Source of the DNA: Takakia lepidozioides
Lineage: Eukaryota; Plantae; Bryophyta
Reading direction: 5' to 3'
Length of the DNA stretch: 64,000 nt
Assembly: GCA_030704615.1 (NCBI GenBank)
Contig: CM060731.1
Coordinates: 94,984,001 to 95,048,000, forward strand
Part shown: positions 38,630-51,670 of the stretch, piece by piece
Position numbering within the stretch: position 1 is the stretch's first letter
How the letters are laid out: the number at the start of each line of letters is the position of its first letter
Program-made: the position numbers and the translations under genes
Notes under the pieces: generated by a model
Seen by the model: only the letters and a program-made list of their open reading frames with translations
Told to the model about the DNA's origin: nothing
Database searches by the model: none

Positions 38630-39590
38630 CCGGCACCGTGCCGTCATATTACTACCCCTGAATGGAAATTCGGTACCCAATATCCAACAGGGGCCGCACG
38701 GATGAAGTCGTCTGGGGTAGAAATGTCGGCACCTGTCCGACAGAGAACATCCCCCGGATGGAAATTCAGCGCCGAATTTCCATTCGGATCCCCCCAAAGG
38801 AAGTCCTGTCGGGGGTCAGGCCGAAAACTGGCCGACATAAAAACCTCCGCGGATGGAAAAACGGTGCCGAATTTCCATCCGAGGCCTTTCGGATGCAGTC
38901 GGCTCGGGGGAAAGGCCGCCATCTGGCCCTCACATTACAACCCCCGGACAAAAATTCGGCATCGAATATACAACAGGGGAAGCCTGGATGAAGTCCCCTC
39001 GGGCGCAGAGGCCGGCGCGTGTGCGACAGAGAACATCCCCTGGATCGACATTCGGCGCCGAATTTCCATCCGGGCCCCCCCAAAGGAAGTCGTGTCGGGG
39101 GGTCAGGCCGAAAACTGGCCGGCATAAAAACATCCCCAGATGGAAAAACGGCGCCGAATTTCCATCCGGGGCGGTTCGGATGCAGTCGGGGAGGGGGGAG
39201 AGGCCGGCACCTGGCCGTCACATTTCAACCCCCGGACGGAAATTCGGCACCGAATATCCAACAGGGGACGCCCAGATGAAGTCGCCTCGGGCGTAGAGGC
39301 CAGCACGTGTTCGACAGAGAGCATCCCCTGGATGGAGATTCGGCGCCGAATTTCCATCCGGGGCCGTTCCAATGCAGTCGGGGAGGGGGGAGAGGTCGGC
39401 ACCTGGCCGTCATATTTCAACCCCCGGACGGAAATTCGGCACCGAATATCCAACAGAGCGGCGGAGAGGCCGGCACCTCTCCGACAGAGACTATCCCCCG
39501 GATGGAAATTCGGCGCCAAATTTCCATCGGGGCCCCCTCAAAGGAAGTCGTAAAAACCTCCCAGAATGGAAAAGCGGCGCCGAATTTCCG
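38630..39590 (+). repeat. 96-bp-monomer / 288-bp higher-order tandem repeat carrying the GGAAATTCGGCGCCGAATTTCC palindrome (B1)
   Basis: Cores at 38671, 38767, 38862, 38957, 39053, 39149, 39245, 39341, 39437, 39511, 39575. Confidence 0.93.
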
Positions 39591-39709
39591 TCCGAGGCTG
39601 TTCCGATTTGCAAGGATTCCAAGAAAAACGTGTCTACAAGTGCACTTCAGCCACAAAACAAACAGTTTAGTTTGTTTTTCTCCGAAAAATCAATCGGACA
39701 CGCTCAGAA

Positions 39710-40100
39710 TTACCTGCAGGAAAGTAATTCAGCGCTTCGAAATACCTGGCGAATGGAAATTCGGCGCCGAATATCCATACGCCAGCGATCCGACTTACCT
39801 GCTAGATGGAAATTCGGCGCCGGATTTCCATCCATCCGCTTCTGAATTACCTGCGTGAGGGAAATTTCGCGCGCCGCCCTACCTGCGCGGATGGAAATCC
39901 GGCGCAAGATTTCCATCCATCCGCTTCTGAATTACCTGCGTGAGGGAAATTTCGCGCGCCGCCCTACCTTGCAGGATGGAAATTCGGCGCTGAATTTCCA
40001 TCCTGCTGCGCTCCGAATTACCTGCAGGATGGAAATCCGGCGCCGGATTTCCATCCTGCAGCGCTCCGAATTACCTCTACGTTGGAAATTCCGGGCGGAG
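39710..40100 (+). repeat. 53/32-bp palindrome array (B1)
   Basis: Cores at 39762, 39815, 39868, 39900, 39985 and 40038. Each unit carries GAATTACCTGC plus the palindrome. Confidence 0.9.
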
Positions 40101-40312
40101 TTCCGTCGTTTTTCATCCGACATGGAGGGCTTCATCCGACATTTAATTGCGCAGTTGGGCAATAAATGTCCACCGCCGTCCGTTTTTATTCGGGCTAGCA
40201 ACACATGGCTTCCTGGATACGTACCCTAAATCTGATGCTAATCTTGGCTTAACATGCTATTCGAGGCATGTACCCCAAAAACGGAGATCTTTTTCCATTT
40301 TGGCTGGGACTT

Positions 40313-43300
40313 ATGCCGCCTGAAGGGCGTGGCTCTCCTGAGAGAGACCTCACATCTAGACCGCGGCGGAAGTTGAAAGCTCTGTACTACGGACGACGGC
40401 CAATCTCTCACATGGCCAAACTGAAGCTCCAGCAGGAGATTCCAGTGTCTTGCTCACAACCCGCGCCAACTGAAGCCGAGTACTCTCAGGCAAGCCACTT
40501 CTGCTTTCGCTTTGTTCGATTTCGATTTCGCTTTTGCTTTTGCTTTTGCTTTTGCTTTCGCTTTCGCTTTGTTGCCTCGCTTTGTTTTTGCATCTTCATC
40601 CTGGCTTCGCTGGATGAGTGAACCTTAGATAGTTGAGTGAACCTTAGATTGTTTGCAATGCGTGTGCAAATCTGGCAGCTCTGGAGAAGGCTGCTTGTGC
40701 ATGTCATTCTCAGGCAATGGTTGCATTTGTTTTCATTGTTGTTGCATGGCTCTCCATACTTCCTAAACTTGTTATGTTTTCATTTTTGTTACACGATTGT
40801 TGCTGTGGTGGTTGCGATGCTGGTTTTGGCACCGATGTTGGTTCTCATGATTTTGGGAATGATAGAGTGACAACGAGCCCGGCACGCTGGTGGTATCATC
40901 GACTGCTGCAACTCATCGCATGTTTGAACCGCCCACCTTGGAGCGAGAGGGCAAACTTCAACCTTTTGTTGGTGGACGGGAGGACCTGCAGCGAGAGTAC
41001 GACATAATAGGCATTGGGGAGGTTGTGCAGGCCTCATGGCAGGTGAAGGGCGTGAGGAAGTGAGAACAGCAGATCCGGCAATGGAGGTTGTTGATGCAGA
41101 AGCAGTAGGGCCCGTCCAAGCAAAGAAGAAGAAGACAACCAAGCACATGCAATCCCCGGCGCGAGAGCCGTCACGGGCTGCGGAGGGGGGAGTTCGCAGT
41201 GCGCGCAAGGGTGTCAGTTCGCCTACCTCAAAGGTGGTCGTCCATCCGGGCTCCCCTGCTGCTAGCCCTAATAACAAACAGAAAGCCCGTGAGAGGGCAA
41301 AAGAGAGCGCAAAAGAACAGGCAAGACACAAGGCTAGCCAGGAGGAAAGAGAAAAGGCCACTAAAGAGGCCAGGGGTTCCGAACTGACAGATTCCCATGT
41401 AAGTGAGGGACGCACAAAGATGGTGGATCCCTCCAAGACACCACAAAGAGGTAGCAACACACCGGTTAGACCATCGCGGGCAAGAGTAGCCCCTGCAATT
41501 ACCCATATGGTGGAGAGTGGAGGAGAGGAAAGAACACCAGAAAGAGCACGGATTGTGCAAGTTCGAGGTGAAGCCGGGGAGAGGGCAGTAGAGACGGGGA
41601 GAGTGCTCGAGGTGGTTTCGCAGGTGGTTGACCCTGTTGAGGAGGATGACAGGGAGCTTTCTGACCAGGATGACATCCTCCCGGACATCCCCAGGCCCCA
41701 AACCCGGAGCATACAGGCTGGATTTGGCGGTCCTGGTGGGCTGCCGGAAACCCCTCCGCAGCAGACGTCATGTCGGAGGCGGATATGAAGTTGGCCGCTG
41801 CCAAGATGTTGGAGGCAACCCACAGCAACATTGGGAGGGTGCTGGGGGGCATGGTGTACCCGGCCAAGCTTCGAATTCCCCTTTGCCGCTTGGTGTCATT
41901 GCAGGTGGTGAGACCTGCCTTCCCAGGCGATATCGACAAGCTGAAATTCTCTTTCCGGGATGGATATCAAATGGGGTCTGCCGCGTTTTACGTTTCCATT
42001 GAGAACGACCACGGAGCTTCCCGTGCCCACACTTCCGATGAGGTGGACAAATGGGGTCCCCATTGGCAAACGCGAAATGAGGAGTTCGAGATATCGATTG
42101 CTAGTGATCCTCTTTTCCAGCACTTGTCCGGTAAGATGTTCTACGTGTGGGACGGCAATCATCGCCTCCTGGCATGGATGGAGCACATAGCCGAAGCCCA
42201 CCCCAACGACCTCGATTGGCATTTCGCCATGGAGTGTGTTGTGCTGAAGGTTGCGGGGCCCAAAGATCGCAGTCTTCTCAAAGCTGCAATGGCGGACATC
42301 AACTCGTAAGTTACAACGCCTCTCGCTTTTGGACTTGAATTTGGAAGTCATTTCATTGCGAATCCTCATATATGATGAAAATTCCCATTTCAGTATTGTT
42401 TGATGGAAATGTGGCACTGCAGGGTGACTGAGAATGCCTTCATTGCCACCAACTTGTCCCATATGCTCTTCCGAGTGAAGGATGTCGAGAAGCAGGGGGT
42501 GCAAGAGTTTGCCAATTCCCTCAGTGCCGACCTCCTGCGCAAGTCGGAGGCAAAGGCAGACAGAACCTGGTATAGGCTGAGCGTCGACGCCATGGTGGAC
42601 TACATATTTCGGGTAAAGCTCCTGACAGTTTTGTTGAGCTAATCTGTCTCTCCTCCCCAATAGAAGAAAAGGTCTTCACCGTGATTTCTAATCTCCTCCC
42701 CCAATAGAAGAAATTGTGTTGAGCAGGATCTCTAATCTTATGTGCGCATTCTTGACAGACGAAAATACAGCAGGATTTGGCACATGCGTGGAGGTTCTAC
42801 ATGGAGTCAGAGGAGAAGAATCCAACCCTCCCGGCACTCGAATCGTATGTCAAAGCTGCGGAGGTGAGGGCCCGCATAAAGTACAAGTCGCGGATGGTAA
42901 AGTACGTGGCCATAGCTGATCCCGCCCTTGGTGCCGACTTTCTGGTGGAGGTGGGGAAGCACTACTCTCGCGCTCTGAAGCCCACGATGACATTGGAGAA
43001 GCTCCATCGTCTAGCCACATCCTGTGTGGATGCAACAAAAAAGGTGATACATTCTTAACCAAATTGTGGTGGCAACAACTCGTTTTTGTGGTGTTTGGCG
43101 CTTACGAATATGCTGGGTGGTTTGACAGACCCGGTGGCTCCAAATCTGGAATGGTTCCCAAAGTACCAGGGACATGTGGAGCTTCCCCAAACCGGACAAA
43201 CTCTCTGACCCCACATTCGACATGTGGATGAACCGCATGACATGGTGGTTTCAGGTACTTCCCCACGCTTCGTTTGGGGCTTCTACTCTAGTAGGGGGTG

Positions 43301-43565
43301 GATTCATTGTATTTTTTCAGGAAAGCGATCTGATGGAGAATCTCCACAAGTGACGACGAATGCGCAAGAGCAGCTGGACACACAAGCACATCAGTTACAG
43401 ATGGAGATATCTCCTGCAACAGAGAGCCTACGCGACTATGTGACGAGGTACTTTCTGCTCTACAAAACCAACCTATTCTTTCGGGAGATAGCAGATGCTT
43501 GCCGGAGCCACGAGTTCACCGACCAGCCGAACGCGGACAAAGCAGCAATGCGCATTCTGTACAGG
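40313..43565 (+). CDS. 5' half of the element B ParB-like/methyltransferase fusion gene (spliced)
   Basis: A charged N-terminus precedes RIPLCRLVSLQVVRPAFPGDIDKLK...FYVWDGNHRLLAW (DGNHR at 42151-42165). GT-AG introns include 42307-42391 and 43255-43320. One frameshift near 41757 is absent from the copy at 57112-58024. The start codon is tentative. Confidence 0.75.
40500..40570 (+). repeat. (TTTTGC/TTTCGC)n microsatellite, expanded relative to copy B2
   Basis: Read directly; the homologous site near 54540 is short. Confidence 0.8.
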
Positions 43566-44219
43566 TACATACGCGCTGCCTTTCTTTCAAGTCCTTGCAT
43601 TTCAGGATGTTAGAGGCCTCATGTGGTATTAGGGAAAATGGCGCCGAATTTCCAGTCAGGGCTCCGAAAATGGCTAAGTCCCTAGACTGGCTGGCCCTGA
43701 ACTGGAAATTCGGCGCCATTTTCCAGTTCTAGGCCCTATTGCCGTTCAGGGACTTGGCCATTTTCGGGCTAAGTCCCTAGACTGGCTTGCTGACTGACTA
43801 GCTGACTGGCCCGACCCCGGTTTCAGGTGGTATCGAACGCACAGATATTTCTCCATCACACGGTAGATGTCCCCTCTGCACGGAAATGAAGCTCTATGCT
43901 CGTGAGGAGGGCAGTACACTATAGCGCTCGGGTTTTCCGCCATGGGAGATGTGCACACAAGACTGCCATGATGGCATGCGGGCAAGCTCCCTGGTAGAAG
44001 GGGGATGCACCGATGGGAATGAATGCGGTGCCGATTTGTCCGAGCGACGAAGCCTGATCCAAATCCAGGGAGCCAACTATCTAAAAAATCCACAGTCAGA
44101 GTGTTAATGAACCTTGTCTCCGGAATGCGGCCCCTGGTCTTTGCGCAATAACTGCCGACGGTATGCAGTCAGAAAGTGGGGGGCCGCCCGGATGATGTCG
44201 GCTGAAGGGGAGAAGCCGG

Positions 44220-45407
44220 CACCGGGCCGTCACATTACAACCCCCGGATGGAAATTCGGCACCGAATATCCAACAGGGGCCGCCCGGATGAAGTCGACTC
44301 GGGCGGAGAGGCCGGCACCTGTCCGACAGAGAACATCCCCCGGATTTCCATTCAGCGCCGAATTTCCATCTGGGCCCCCCCAAATGAAGTCGTGTCGGGG
44401 GGTCAGGCCAAAAAGTGGCGGACATAAAAACCTCCCCGTGTGGAAAAACGGCGCCGAATTTACATCTGGGGCCGTTCGGATGCAGTCGGCTCGGGGGGAG
44501 AGGCCGGCACATGGCCGTCACATTACAACCCCCGGACGGGAATTCGGCACCGAATATCCAACAGGGGCCGCCCGGATGAAGTCGACTCGGGCGGAGAGGC
44601 CGACACCTGTCCGACAGAGAACATCCCCCGGATTTCCAGTCAGCGCCGAATTTCCATCCGGGCCCCCCAAACGATGTCGTGTCGGGGGGTTAGGCCAAAA
44701 AGTGGCCGACATAAAAACCTCCTCGGATGGAAAAACGGCACCGAATTTACATCCGGGGCCGTTCAGATGCAGTCGGCTTGGGGGGAGAGGCCGTCACATT
44801 ACAACCCCCGGACGGGAATTCGGCACCGAATATCCAACAGGGGCCGCCCGGATGAAGTTGCCTCGGGCGGAGAGGCCGGCACCTGTCCGACAGAGAACAT
44901 CCCCCGGATGGAAATTCGGCGCCGAATTTCCATCCAGGCCCCCCCAAAGGAAGTCGTGTCGGGGGGTCAGGCCGAAAAGTGGCCGACATAAAAACCTCCC
45001 CGGATGGAAAAACGGCGCCGAATTTACATCCGGGGCCGTTTGGATGCAGTCGGCTCGGGGGGAGAGGCCGACACATGGCCGTCACATTACAACCCCCGGA
45101 CGGGAATTCGGCACCGAATATCCAACAGGGGCCGCCCGGATGAAGTCGCCTCGGGCGGAGAGGCCGGCACCTGTCCGACAGAAAACATCCCCCGGATGGA
45201 AATTCGGCGCCGAATTTCCATCCGGGCCCCCCCAAAGGAAGTCGTGTCGGGGGGTCAGGCCGAAAACTGGCCGACATAAAAACCTCCCCGGATGGAAAAA
45301 CGGCGCCGAATTTACATCCGGGTCGTTCGGATGCAGTCGGCTCGGGGGGAGAGGCCGGCACATGGCTGTCACATTACAACCCCCGGACGGGAATTCGGCA
45401 CCGAATA
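44220..45407 (+). repeat. 288-bp (3 x 96) tandem array, left part
   Basis: Cores at 44821, 44917, 45013 and 45109 are exactly 96 bp apart. One 11-bp deletion gives an 85-bp spacing (44736-44821). Confidence 0.95.
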
Positions 45408-46154
45408 TGTCGCGCACCTCACTCCGGTAAGCTCCCCTTCAAGTCCTAGTTACTCGCTTTGATGCGCGCGCCTGACTCCCAACCTGGCCGCCCGGGCCAA
45501 CTTGGAGCTTCGGCTGCTCACCGGGACATAACGGTCCCCCCTTCGCTTCCTTCTAAACCCTCCACCTCTTTGGGACTAGGAGAATTCCCTTTGGTAGATG
45601 GCAGTCCGGAACAGCTCCCCACTCTTTGGTCGCTTTCCGGCTCGCTCGCTTACTCACTAGTTTTTGGTCACCAACGGGCTTGCACCGTTCTCGGGGTTAC
45701 TACTCCCTATATATACTTCTGTAGCTGTCCGCGGGGTTTCCACAACCAGCCATGCCATTTTATGGCGAACCACCACGAAAACCCTCGACTCCCGGTGGTG
45801 AGTCGCGGTGAGTCTTGGCCCGCTCACCACGGCCCCTATGGACCGTGATGAGTCCCAAGACTCCCCACGACTCCCACCACGAGGTCTCCGCCCCCATGGT
45901 GAGTCCTATGCCACCCCCACTAAGTCCCACTAAGCTACCACCACCCCTTGTGGAGCCACCCCACCGCTTGTGGAGCCACCCCCACCGCAACCCGGTGTGC
46001 GGGGCTCCACCTAGTGAGCGCCTCCGCTTCCCTGAGTGCCTTGGGCACTCAAGGGTGCCTCAGCCCCCCATACCTATCGCTGCCGCTGCCCCCACCACAG
46101 GGGCAGCCCCTGATGTGTCCCGACCCCCTGCCCTCAAGGCAAAGGGCCGCGACA
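45408..46154 (-). repeat. 3' LTR (747 bp)
   Basis: TGTCGCG...CGCGACA termini; adjacent polypurine tract GGTAGGGGTGTG on the minus strand at 46155-46166. Confidence 0.95.
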
Positions 46155-47059
46155 CACACCCCTACCAACAGGGAGTCGATGTCCTCATCGACTTGTCCAT
46201 TTTGTAGAAACGAACATCCAAGTTGTGGCGTCCCACATCAAGGAGTTTGTTTCTGTACCATGGCGTCCCATGGCAAAGAACCAAACCCCACACTTGACTC
46301 TACTCTCCACTAGCTAGTTCGGCCGACTTCCTCCAAGTCCCGGCCAAGGGTGGAGCCTCTCCAGCTCCTCTCAGTGCACTCTTCTTGGCCTACTTCAAGG
46401 CCAAGGAACGATCCTCCCCGAGGATCGAATCGCCTTACTGCAACAACATTGCTTGCGATCGCTCATGATGCCGCTTTTGGCATCACCTTGAGCAAGGGTT
46501 CACCTGGAACCCTCTTTGACTAGGAAGATAACCTTGAACCAACCGTGCGCCCCAATCACTACAATTGGGTCCGCCTTGGAATGCTGGCCTGAGGTACGGG
46601 AACACGTCGAAGCCGCACTACGACTTCGTCCCGAGGTTACACGATTATAGTACGTGAACGGAAGCACGTAGCTTCCGCGTTAGCCCGCACTACAAGGCAA
46701 CCCCCTCGGTAGCGCAGTTATAGTACGCGCACGCGCCAGGTGCGCACTAGCACGTGAACTCCCAAAGAAGGCGCAAGTTTCCTTGCCCCTGGATGGGAGT
46801 CACCCGATTTCGGCACTGCGCAAACACACGATTACCCAATTTACCTCTCCCACTTTTGTAAGCTAGCATGCATTCTACACACTAGCCCCACACCATGCAT
46901 CACCATTCCAAACACAATAGGACGCACAATATTTGGAACCCATTTCCTTTATAACAAATGTTTTGTACAATACAAGTTTTTGCAATCGGATTCCTGAGCT
47001 AGCTAAACCGGGCTAAGCATGCATTTCCTCCCCCACGCTCCAAGGTTGATGTCCCCATC

Positions 47060-50000
47060 AACGTTTCTTCCGCTTTTGAGGTCGCCCTTCGAACGCTGCA
47101 ACTGCCTGCCTCGGATGCGTTTCCCATTTCTGAGGCACGCACCCAAGATGCCTCCACAAGATGATAGCCCTTCCATTTGACGAGATACTCCGTTTCTCGG
47201 TTCTTGAACCTCCTCGACTTAAGTATTGCCTCCACCTCGTACTCAGGTTCATTTTCATGATCCAACAGCATAGGTGGCGGACGCAACACTTGCTGCCGAT
47301 TCGGACGTGCTTCATCTTTGAAGTAAGGCTTCAAAAGGGAGACATGGAATACTGGGTGCACCTTGCTGTTTGCCGGCAGCTCCAATTCATACACATCCTC
47401 ATTCATAACCCTCCGAATGCGAAAGGGGCCCGCATACGGAGGTACGAACTTCGGACTCACTTCCGGAGGTAGTCGAAATTCTTGATGTTCAACCAGACCT
47501 CTGTGCCTGCCTCAAACTTCACTTCCCTCCGCTTCCGATTCGCCTGCCTTTCATACCGTTTCCTAGCTTTGGCAATGTTGTACTTTGCGAGCTTCAACAA
47601 ACGCTCGCGTTCTTCCAGTACCGCCGCTACTGCCGGTTCCTCAACGTCCTGGGCGGCCCAACTTGTCGGCACCAGAGGTGCTTTTCCATAGACCAACAAA
47701 AGGGGAAACTCCCGTCGCGGAGTGTTCTGTGTTATTATAACAGAACTCTGCCGCGTCTAAGTGTTCCATCCAGTCTGATTGGTCTGCCGACACGTAATTC
47801 CGCAAGAATTGCTTCACTACGGAATTCACTCTTTCCGTTTGGCCGTCCGTCGTAGGTCGGAAGGCGGTGCTCATCTTCAGCCTCGTCCCCATCTTCTTCC
47901 AAAGTGCTCTCCAGAATTTACTCGTAAACTTTGGATCGCGGTCCGAGACAATATCCTTCGGGACTCCATGATGCTTTAAGACGTGGGCGAAGTAAAGTCG
48001 CCCTGTCTCCTGCGCCGTTGCCGTCTCCTTGGTGGGGATGAAATGGCCATTTTACTGAACCTATCTACCACCACCATGATTGCATCGAATCCTTTTGACA
48101 GCGGCATAGCAGTCATGAAATCCATCGAGACGCTTTCCCAAGTCCCCTCTGGAATCGGCAAGGGTTGTAACAGCCCCGCTTGCTTTTTGTACTCGCTCCG
48201 GTTTTGTTGGCATGTGGTGCATGTCTTGACATACTCCTCTGCCTCCTCCCTCAGTTTGGGCCAGAAATATCTTTCTTCAAGAGTGCCGCAGTGCGCTTGG
48301 CTCCACCGTGGCCCGCAAGCGGGCTATCATGGCATTCTCTCAAGAGACTATCCCTGATCCCTCCCTTTGGCACATAGAGACGTTTTTGCTTATACCGGAG
48401 CAGTCCGTTTTGCAAGTGGAACTGCGATTTAACCCCCATTCTCAAGTCCTGCATCACGCACTTTGCCAGCTCATCCTTCCGGCAAGCCTTCCGGATCTTC
48501 CTTTGGAGCGCCGTCTCGCCCTTGTACACCAACAAGAGCTGCTGCTTTCTACTTAAAGCATCGGCCACCACATTGTCCCGTCCCGGTTTGTACTGGATAT
48601 CCACGTCGAACACTGCCAAAGTATCTTGCCACCTAAGTTGTTTTGGGGACAACTTGGGCTGCGTGGCAAAATACTTCACCGTGACATTGTCCGTGAACAC
48701 CTTCACTGGGTTGGAACCAACATAGTGGCGCCAGAGTTCAAGGCAATGCACCACCGCCTTCATCTCTTTTTCGTGCGTCGGCCACCGTCGCTCCACTTCA
48801 TTCAGTTTCTTACTTTCGTAAGCCACTGGACGTCCATCTTGCATAAGTACACCCCCATTGCGAAGTCCGATGCATCTGTATGAATCTCAAACGGACGATC
48901 GAACTCCGGGATTTTCAAGACTGGAGCTTCCGTCATCCGCTGCTTCAATTCAGCAAAAGCTTGGCCACAAAATGTGTTCCATACCCAGACTTTGGATTTA
49001 CACAGAAGGTCCGACAGCGGCCCCGCGATCTTGGCGAAATTTCTCACATACTTCCGGTAATAGGAGGCGAGTCCTAGGAAGGATCGCACTCCCGGGACCG
49101 AAGTCGGAGGCTCCCAGTCCAAGATCGCCCTCACCTTTCTGTCATCCATTTTGATCCCATCCTGTGTAATCACATGCCCCAAGAACTCCACTTTTGTGAC
49201 CCCGAATTCGCACTTTGAAGCTTTGGCATACAGCTTCCCTTCTCGCAATTTTTGGAACACCCTTTTGAGGTGCTCCAGGTGCTCCTCCTTTGTTTTTGAG
49301 TACACCAAGATGTCGTCGATGTACACGATCACAAAGTCATCCAACCACTCCTGGAAAAGGCTGTTCATCAGCGTGCTAAATGTCGCTGGTGCATTGGTGA
49401 GCCCAAAAGGCATCACCAAGAACTCATATGAACCATACCTTGTCCTGCACGCGGTCTTCTCCTCATCTCCTTCTGCCACCCGAATTTGGTGATAGCCGGA
49501 GCGCAAGTCGATCCGGCTGAAATACTTCGCTCCTGCCAACCGATCGAAGAGGTCGTCGATCCTTGGCAAAGGGTACCGGTTTTTGATAGTCACCTTATTC
49601 AGAGCCCTGTAATCGACACACATCCGCAGCGTCCCATCCTTCTTGTCTGCAAATAGCACCGGGGCTCCGTAAGGTGACTTACTCGGCCGGATGTACCCCT
49701 TTGACATTAGATCCTTGAGCTGAGTCTTCAGCTCGACCAACTCTCTGTGGCTCAACGGTAGGGCGCCTTGGCAGGCGGTCCGATCCCGGTATCACCTCAA
49801 TCTTGTGGTCAACTCCTCTTCGCGGTGGCAAGCCGCTTGGTAAATCCTCCGGCATCACATCCTGGTATTTCTCCAAAATCCCCTTGATCCAATCTGGGCT
49901 CGGCTCCCCATCGCCTTCTCCTTTCACTTCTCTAATGTAAAGCAAAAACTGGGACTCGTGTGCCTCCTCCACGGCCCACTCCTTTGCTGATAGAAGGTTT

Positions 50001-50125
50001 ATTCGCCCTCCCACGGATTTGGGCGTTTCCGACACTCGTAAAACCTCGCCACCATTCCCACATGGCAGCGTGACTACTCTCTTGCGGCCATCTATGACCG
50101 CTCCGGATTTGCTCAAAAAGGTCAT
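47060..50125 (-). CDS. pol: Gypsy pol (RT, RNase H, integrase, chromodomain), broken by multiple frameshifts
   Basis: RT: [11 protein letters not shown]...YIDDILVYS. RNase H: TDASD...VAYESKKL. Integrase: [12 protein letters not shown]...[18 protein letters not shown]. Chromodomain: EYEVEAIL...YLVKWKGY. Confidence 0.93.
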
Positions 50126-51615
50126 CCCAAAATGAGATCCACTCCATCGATCTCGCAGATAGTGAAGTTCTCACGTCCCTCCCAACTCCCCAGTTGAAGA
50201 GGAACATCAAACGCCAACCTTGTCGCCAACTGAGGTTCTCCTTTGGCAGAGCGCACCTCAATAGAGGCCCCCACGTCACTTGTCGGGAGTCCCAACTTTC
50301 GCGCCGCCACCGGCGTCATGAAGGAGTGCGACGCTCCTGTGTCCACCAACAACGACACGTTAGTTCCGGATATTATCCCATCCACGAACAATAACTGACT
50401 CCCTTTTCGCAGGGCGCCAGTTTCCTGATACAACTCACAAGAATAGTTGCCTACCTTGCAAGTCCTGGCGACCACCGCTTCCACCAAGCGACTGATGGTA
50501 TCTTCCGACAGCTCCGTGGTCGCCCGAGTCATGTTCAATTGCCGGGGCTTCGTGCACTTCTTGGCCATGTGCCCGGGCTCCCCGCAATTGAAACACACTC
50601 CATCAAAGGTCGCCTTCTGTCCGCCATAAGCCGCTCCACCCGCTTTTCCTTTCGAAGCACCGGGTGCCGCCTTGACGTGTGAAGGCCCTCCCTTCGATTT
50701 CCACGTGCCATTATCGCCGCGTGGCCTATCCCACTTCTTTTCCGGTCGGAAGGAGTCACCTTCCCGCCGGGTCTTCTTGTGGTTCAGCTCCGTACGGCCT
50801 TGTCTTTCACCCCTAGGGACATCCGAGAAACATTCAGCCCTCTCAATTGCCTCGTTCAAAGTCTTGGGTGGCTTCTCCTCCAACTTCCGCCTGGCCCATG
50901 GGGCCAGTCCCGCCACAAAGTTGAAGACCATTTCTGGTTCTGCCATGTCCGCGACTTCGAGCAACAGCACATTGAAAGCCTGGACATACCCCCGAATGTC
51001 ATCTGTTTGCTTCAAATTCCTCATCTTGTCCCGGGCAAGCCAGGACGCGTTGAGGGGCACAAACTGTCTCTTCATCAATTCCTTGAACCCACTCCAGTTC
51101 AAGGTTTCCGGGCTTGGGCCTCGGTCGTGAAGGCGTTTCTGCCACCATTGTTGAGCATAGCCCCTCAAATAGGTGGGAGCCACTTCCACCCGATCCTCGT
51201 CACTCAACTTGGCCGCCCGGAAGTACTGCTCTAGCTCCAGGAGCCAGGTGTTGAGTGCCTTCCGGTTTCGAACGCCCTCGAAGGTGCCGGGTTCCTTAGG
51301 CTTCACCTTAAACTTTGCCTTAGTGGAAGTGGCATTAGCCGCCTTCAACACGTCTTTCAACGTCCCGCCAAACTGCGCCAACAACCCTTCCCAAAAGGCT
51401 GCCGGCATGGGAGGCATCTCTTGGTTTGTCGGAGCTCTCAAGGATTCCTCGGGCTCCGACTCCTCGGATTCCTCCCGCTCCTGAGCGGCCTCGTTTTCGG
51501 AAACATTCATCGCTTCCTCAAACGGCCGCCTCGGTGACACGTCGCCCCCATCGGGCTCACCGGGATCATCATCTTTTGGGCCGTTCCGCTTTCGCTTCGG
51601 CTTGCCCGACCCCAT
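50122..51615 (-). CDS. gag: Gypsy gag plus aspartic protease
   Basis: KPKEPGTFEG...LEQYF capsid-like region, CCHC knuckle CFNCGEPGHMAKKC, protease LLVDTGASHSF. Confidence 0.93.
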   Translation of the reverse strand: MGSGKPKRKRNGPKDDDPGEPDGGDVSPRRPFEEAMNVSENEAAQEREESEESEPEESLRAPTNQEMPPMPAAFWEGLLAQFGGTLKDVLKAANATSTKAKFKVKPKEPGTFEGVRNRKALNTWLLELEQYFRAAKLSDEDRVEVAPTYLRGYAQQWWQKRLHDRGPSPETLNWSGFKELMKRQFVPLNASWLARDKMRNLKQTDDIRGYVQAFNVLLLEVADMAEPEMVFNFVAGLAPWARRKLEEKPPKTLNEAIERAECFSDVPRGERQGRTELNHKKTRREGDSFRPEKKWDRPRGDNGTWKSKGGPSHVKAAPGASKGKAGGAAYGGQKATFDGVCFNCGEPGHMAKKCTKPRQLNMTRATTELSEDTISRLVEAVVARTCKVGNYSCELYQETGALRKGSQLLFVDGIISGTNVSLLVDTGASHSFMTPVAARKLGLPTSDVGASIEVRSAKGEPQLATRLAFDVPLQLGSWEGRENFTICEIDGVDLILG

Positions 51616-51656
51616 GATGAGGCCAATCCCAAGGACGATCGCGTACTGAACTCTAA

Positions 51657-51668
51657 GCTCTGATACCA
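51657..51668 (-). promoter_or_regulatory. Primer-binding site for initiator tRNA-Met
   Basis: Minus strand TGGTATCAGAGC, 2 nt inside the 5' LTR boundary. Confidence 0.95.
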
Positions 51669-51670
51669 AA

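Larger units (their letters stand above)
34017..43787. mobile_element. MULE-like element B copy 1 (transposase end present, truncated within the 95-bp repeat)
   Basis: End GAGGTTAGCTATTTCATGAGC at 34017 followed by (GGCATGAGC)n, then transposase (-), palindrome arrays and the ParB-like gene (+). Confidence 0.88.

Noticed and set aside
38660-38690. Palindrome as a canonical bacterial parS
   Set aside because: The sequence does not match the TGTTNCACGTGAAACA-type consensus; only the architecture is analogous.
40789-41823. 344-aa minus-strand ORF and similar antisense ORFs (37164-37922, 41896-42660, 59056-59790)
   Set aside because: Shadows of the real coding strand in GC-rich sequence, with no recognisable motifs.
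44114-45430. 438-aa ORF, and the 380/354-aa ORFs at 52278-53462
   Set aside because: They arise from a GC-rich repeat whose 96/288-bp period is a multiple of 3. Several frames on both strands are open, and one ORF starts inside an LTR.
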